19,062 bases of DNA from Candidatus Margulisiibacteriota bacterium (GTDB lineage Bacteria > Margulisbacteria > WOR-1 > O2-12-FULL-45-9), in the NCBI GenBank assembly GCA_043816785.1, contig JBDRHP010000095.1, positions 1-19,062 of the forward strand, in the 5' to 3' direction. Positions 15,685-19,062 of the stretch are shown piece after piece; position 1 is the stretch's first letter; every line of letters begins with the position of its first letter. The notes under the pieces are model-generated. The model ran no database searches and was not told the origin of the DNA. It was given only the letters and a program-made list of their open reading frames with translations. The translations under genes and the position numbers were made by a program.

Positions 15685-17223
15685 ATGAAAAAAATATTGT
15701 TTGTTCCTGTAATTCTAGTTTTACTGCTAATTATTGTTTTTATCGGTTACCAGCGCGCAAATAATAACACGGTTCAAACCCAAAACGGGCCTATCAGCGG
15801 AAAGATCGAAGCTGGAGCGCGCGCTTACTTAGGCATCCCTTTTGCTGCTCCGCCAGTAGGGGATCTGCGCTGGCAGCCGCCGCAACCAGCTAAACCCTGG
15901 ACCAAAGCAAGATCTTGCACAGAATTTGGTCCGGCTTGTCCCCAACCAGAGGTTCGCCCAAATTTAGGTAAAACAAATGAAGATTGCCTTTATTTAAATG
16001 TCTGGACGCCGGCTAAAAAAGAAAATGAAAATTTGCCGGTCATGGTCTTTATTCATGGCGGCGCATTCTTGGTGGGTGCTGGCTCTGAACCAATTTATAA
16101 CCCCGTTAACATTGTGAAAAAAGGGGTTGTAGCGGTGACGATCAATTACCGCTTAGGTGTTTTTGGGTTTTTGGCGCATCCAGAGCTTTCAGCAGAATCT
16201 CCCAATGGAGTCTCCGGCAATTACGGCTTGTTGGATCAAATTGCTGCGCTTATGTGGGTTAAGCAAAACATTGCTGCCTTTGGCGGCAATCCTGATAATG
16301 TAACTATTTTTGGTGAATCAGCAGGTTCTTTAAGTGTGGCTGCTTTAATGATCAGCCCATTGTCCCAGGGTCTCTTTCATCGGGCAATTTGCGAAAGCGG
16401 GGCTGTTCATGGCCAAAAGTATTTGTTTCCTAATGCCACTGGTTCAATGGAACAAGCCTTAGCCACTGGCCAAAAAGCGCAAAGGCGATTAGGCGCAGGT
16501 TCATTGAAGGAAATGAGGGCGGTGCCGGCAGATGAATTGTTAAAAAAAATTAATGCTTATTATGGCTTAATTGATAAAAACCTGGAATTTCAACTGGTTT
16601 ATGATGGCTGGGCTCTTCCCACTGAATGGGACTTGCACGATGTGCCCATCATTGTTGGCTCTAATGCTGATGAAGGCGCTGTTTTTGTGGATGATGCAGG
16701 CAAAATTTCCGCAGAAGAATATCAAGCCTGGGTTAAGGATAATTTTGGGGCTCGAGCAAAAGATGTTTTTGCGCTCTTTCCCGCAGAAAAAGATGAAGAA
16801 GTAAAGCAGGCCTTTGCCAAGCTTTTAACCGTGGCTATATTTGCTGAGCCCGGCAGATATTTAGCCAGGTCCATGGAGCAAAAGAAATCTAAAGCTTATC
16901 TTTATCAGTTGACCCGCGTGCCGCTAACCAAGATGGGCAAGGAATTCGGAGCTTATCATGGGCTTGATATTGGTTATGTTTTTGGAAATTTGGATAAAGC
17001 AGAAGGCTACGATGAAAAGGATTTTAAACTTTCAGGCAGGATTATGGATTACTGGGTAGATTTTGCGCGAACCGGGGATCCCAACGGCACGGGCAGACCA
17101 AATTGGCCTGCCTATGATAGCCAGACTGATCAAAATATTGAATTCGGGGATGAGGTTAAGGTAAAAAGCCATCTCCTGCAAAAAGCCGCGGATCTTTTTG
17201 ACAAAATCAATGCCCACTATTAA
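15685..17223 (+). CDS. Type-B carboxylesterase/lipase (PnbA-like), membrane-anchored or exported
   Basis: GIPFAAPPVGDLRW, EDCLYLNVWTP, HGGAF, NYRLG, GESAG (Ser), N.DEG (Glu), AYHGLDI (His), FARTGDPN. Start moved to ATG 15685 (MKKILFVPVILVLLLIIVFIG). Confidence 0.93.
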   Translation: MKKILFVPVILVLLLIIVFIGYQRANNNTVQTQNGPISGKIEAGARAYLGIPFAAPPVGDLRWQPPQPAKPWTKARSCTEFGPACPQPEVRPNLGKTNEDCLYLNVWTPAKKENENLPVMVFIHGGAFLVGAGSEPIYNPVNIVKKGVVAVTINYRLGVFGFLAHPELSAESPNGVSGNYGLLDQIAALMWVKQNIAAFGGNPDNVTIFGESAGSLSVAALMISPLSQGLFHRAICESGAVHGQKYLFPNATGSMEQALATGQKAQRRLGAGSLKEMRAVPADELLKKINAYYGLIDKNLEFQLVYDGWALPTEWDLHDVPIIVGSNADEGAVFVDDAGKISAEEYQAWVKDNFGARAKDVFALFPAEKDEEVKQAFAKLLTVAIFAEPGRYLARSMEQKKSKAYLYQLTRVPLTKMGKEFGAYHGLDIGYVFGNLDKAEGYDEKDFKLSGRIMDYWVDFARTGDPNGTGRPNWPAYDSQTDQNIEFGDEVKVKSHLLQKAADLFDKINAHY

Positions 17224-17227
17224 TTCG

Positions 17228-17270
17228 CCCCCCCCCAAACTACAGCACTACGATACTACAGAACTACGCT
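17228..17270. repeat. C9 run followed by an 8-mer tandem repeat (ACTACnnn)x4
   Basis: ccccccccc-aa-actacagc-actacgat-actacaga-actacgct. Confidence 0.8.
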
Positions 17271-17293
17271 GCTTTAATCAGCCTAAAAAATAC

Positions 17294-17322
17294 TTGCCTT
17301 TCAAAAATACTTGATGTATGCT
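17294..17322 (+). promoter_or_regulatory. Putative sigma70 promoter (leadered transcript)
   Basis: TTGCCT, 17-nt spacer, TATGCT; AGGAGGT SD at 17341. Confidence 0.55.
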
Positions 17323-17353
17323 GATTTTGTTCTTTAGAAAAGGAGGTAAAAAA

Positions 17354-17839
17354 ATGAAGAAGATAGTTTTGTCCCTGGTCCTGGTTACCCTGGTTTCCGG
17401 CCTGTGTTTTGCGACTGAACTGACTGGCAAATGGGGGATTGGCGCGCGGGAGGGCACGTTTGCTGTGCGGCGTTTCTTTAATAATGGGTTTGCTGGCGAT
17501 ATTTACCTGGATTATTCAAGCGCGACGATGACCGGAGCATCTGACAGCAATGGAGCGTCTCTGGGTGTGGCTGGTGTTTTTGTCCGGGAAATAGCGGATA
17601 AGACATTGTTGGAATTTGGCGCGACAGTGGGCGGCTATAGCGGCATCGATAGCACCGGTGCGGCATATACCGGACTTCATGTGAATCCGTTTGTTGGCGG
17701 AGAGTATCTGATGGGAGATAATTTTGGCTTTGATTTCAAAATTATTATTGCCTCTTATTTTAGCGAGATGAGCGGGGCAACAAGGACAACTGGTTTTGTA
17801 GGCTTAGCCAGCAGCTGGGGCGCGCATCTTTATTTTTAG
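17354..17839 (+). CDS. Outer-membrane beta-barrel protein (small, ~8 strands)
   Basis: Signal peptide MKKIVLSLVLVTLVSGLCFA, alternating Gly/aromatic strands, C-terminal WGAHLYF beta-signal. Strong SD. Confidence 0.78.
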   Translation: MKKIVLSLVLVTLVSGLCFATELTGKWGIGAREGTFAVRRFFNNGFAGDIYLDYSSATMTGASDSNGASLGVAGVFVREIADKTLLEFGATVGGYSGIDSTGAAYTGLHVNPFVGGEYLMGDNFGFDFKIIIASYFSEMSGATRTTGFVGLASSWGAHLYF

Positions 17840-17885
17840 GTTTGCGCGGCCTGGCCGAAGACCAATTTAGATCTGGAGGTGAATT

Positions 17886-17993
17886 ATGGCTAACAAAGAA
17901 CAAGGTAACACAAGAAATGTTAAGAAAGTCGCAAAATTATCGCTCAAGGAAAAGCGCGCCTTAAAAAGAGCAAAACGCGAGAGTAAAGGCTGA
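17886..17993 (+). CDS. 35-aa highly basic small protein (missing from the ORF track)
   Basis: Perfect SD GGAGGTGA 4 nt before ATG. Sequence MANKEQGNTRNVKKVAKLSLKEKRALKRAKRESKG. Confidence 0.78.
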   Translation: MANKEQGNTRNVKKVAKLSLKEKRALKRAKRESKG

Positions 17994-18943
17994 AACTACT
18001 ACTAACATTATTATTGTTCCTTTGCCTCTGGCCGCAGGCCATGCTTGCTAAGCAGCCAGCTGAAACAGAACCATTGTCTTTGCCTGAATTAAGGCAAATG
18101 CAGTTCAATGGTTCTAGCTTCAGCGTAAAAGATGTTTTGGCCCGGAATAAAGACTATACCCGCTATTTGATCACCTACAAAAGCAACGGCCTGACTATTT
18201 CCGGCATTATGAACCTGCCTATGGGCAAGGGGCCGTTCCCGATCCTGATCCTAAACCATGGTCATATTAACCCAAAAGATTACACCGTGGGCCGGGGACT
18301 TAAGCGCGAGCAGGACTACTTTGCAAAAAACGGCTATATCGTTATCCACCCTGATTACCGCAACCACGGACTGTCTGATAAAGATCCCCGAAGCGAGTCC
18401 AATTTTCGCCTGGGCTATGTTGAAGACGTGATCAATTGCGTGATGGCGGTCAGGAACAGCAATAAGAAATACTTTGATAAAGAAAATATCGGTATGCTGG
18501 GCCACTCTTTGGGCGGCGGCATCTGTCTTAATATAATGGTAACCAAGCCTGACCTGGTCAAAGCCCATGTCCTGTATGCTTCTGTTAGCGCGGATTATAT
18601 TGATAATTATAATAAGTGGGGCAGGCGGAGGCAGCCGGAGTTGGCTGAGGAGAAGGGCCCGGAATTCTGGGCTGAGCTTTCCGCTATCAATTATCTGGAC
18701 AAGATCATTGCGCCGATCTTGATCCAGCACGGCACAGCAGATAAATCGTGTGATATCAGGTGGTCGGAGAAATTGGCGCAGGGTTTAGACAAGGCAGGGA
18801 AGGATTATAAATTCAATAAGTATCCGGGCGGCCAGCACGAATTTATCAAACACTGGCCAGCGTTTATGAAAAGCAATCTCGAGTTCTTTGACCGATATCT
18901 TAAGATAAATGATAAAAACCCCTGTGTCAAGTCATTTAAGTAG
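17990..18943 (+). CDS. Exported S9-like peptidase / alpha-beta hydrolase, probable CTG start
   Basis: GKGPFP.LILNHG, PDYRNHG.SD, GHSLGG (Ser), HGTADKS (Asp), YPGGQHEF (His). A full signal peptide (M)KLLLTLLLFLCLWPQAMLA arises only from CTG 17990; the track's start is TTG 18014. Confidence 0.82.
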   Translation: MKLLLTLLLFLCLWPQAMLAKQPAETEPLSLPELRQMQFNGSSFSVKDVLARNKDYTRYLITYKSNGLTISGIMNLPMGKGPFPILILNHGHINPKDYTVGRGLKREQDYFAKNGYIVIHPDYRNHGLSDKDPRSESNFRLGYVEDVINCVMAVRNSNKKYFDKENIGMLGHSLGGGICLNIMVTKPDLVKAHVLYASVSADYIDNYNKWGRRRQPELAEEKGPEFWAELSAINYLDKIIAPILIQHGTADKSCDIRWSEKLAQGLDKAGKDYKFNKYPGGQHEFIKHWPAFMKSNLEFFDRYLKINDKNPCVKSFK

Positions 18944-19062
18944 GTAACCCAACGGCCTGCGGTTGGGTCAAACAATATGTAACCGAAATCGACCTTGTTC
19001 TGGGTCTCAATTTTTTATAAATCATAATATTCTGAGGCCGTTTTTTCTTTTGCTGGTAGAGC

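Noticed and set aside
1321..17353. Longer starts in the ORF track (1321, 3860, 9991, 11925, 12769, 14966, 15562, 17318)
   Set aside because: The extensions run through promoter or SD sequence and bury signal peptides; downstream ATGs fit better.
2310..18730. Antisense or nested ORFs (e.g. 4796-5239, 7306-7623, 8988-9296, 10510-11226, 18251-18730)
   Set aside because: They overlap well-supported genes and show no recognisable motifs.
18947..18968. Hairpin acccaac-N8-gttgggt as a terminator
   Set aside because: No U-tract on either side; plausible but unsupported.
18900..19062. Minus-strand frame entering from the right edge (ALPAKEKTASEYYDL*KIETQNKVDFGYILFDP...), a possible gene end or pseudogene
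   Set aside because: Truncated by the window, so a normal stop cannot be told from a nonsense mutation.

Overview
Accessory-type region of a diderm bacterium (outer-membrane beta-barrel, four lipoproteins). The gene style is reminiscent of Ca. Saganbacteria/Margulisbacteria, but that is only an impression. The window opens exactly on a complete IS3-family (IS407-like) element (1-1243), followed by exported enzymes and orphans. The core is an EamA transporter, a GadC-like APC permease, an Enterococcus-type tyrosine decarboxylase homologue, an alpha/beta hydrolase and HdeD. This block is bracketed by two homologous ~100-bp elements made of 9-mer tandem repeats plus an inverted arm. Next, a hemerythrin-cupin pair is bracketed by two diverged copies of a DUF167 gene plus promoter. 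The rest holds a small-protein/retropepsin pair, lipoproteins, a carboxylesterase, a beta-barrel, an unannotated 35-aa basic peptide and an S9-like hydrolase that appears to need a CTG start. Two window-wide patterns stand out: about 9 genes have a -10 box only 6-8 nt before the ATG (leaderless mRNAs), and several types of REP-like palindrome and micro tandem repeat sit in gene ends and inside the IS. No rRNA, tRNA or CRISPR array was seen.
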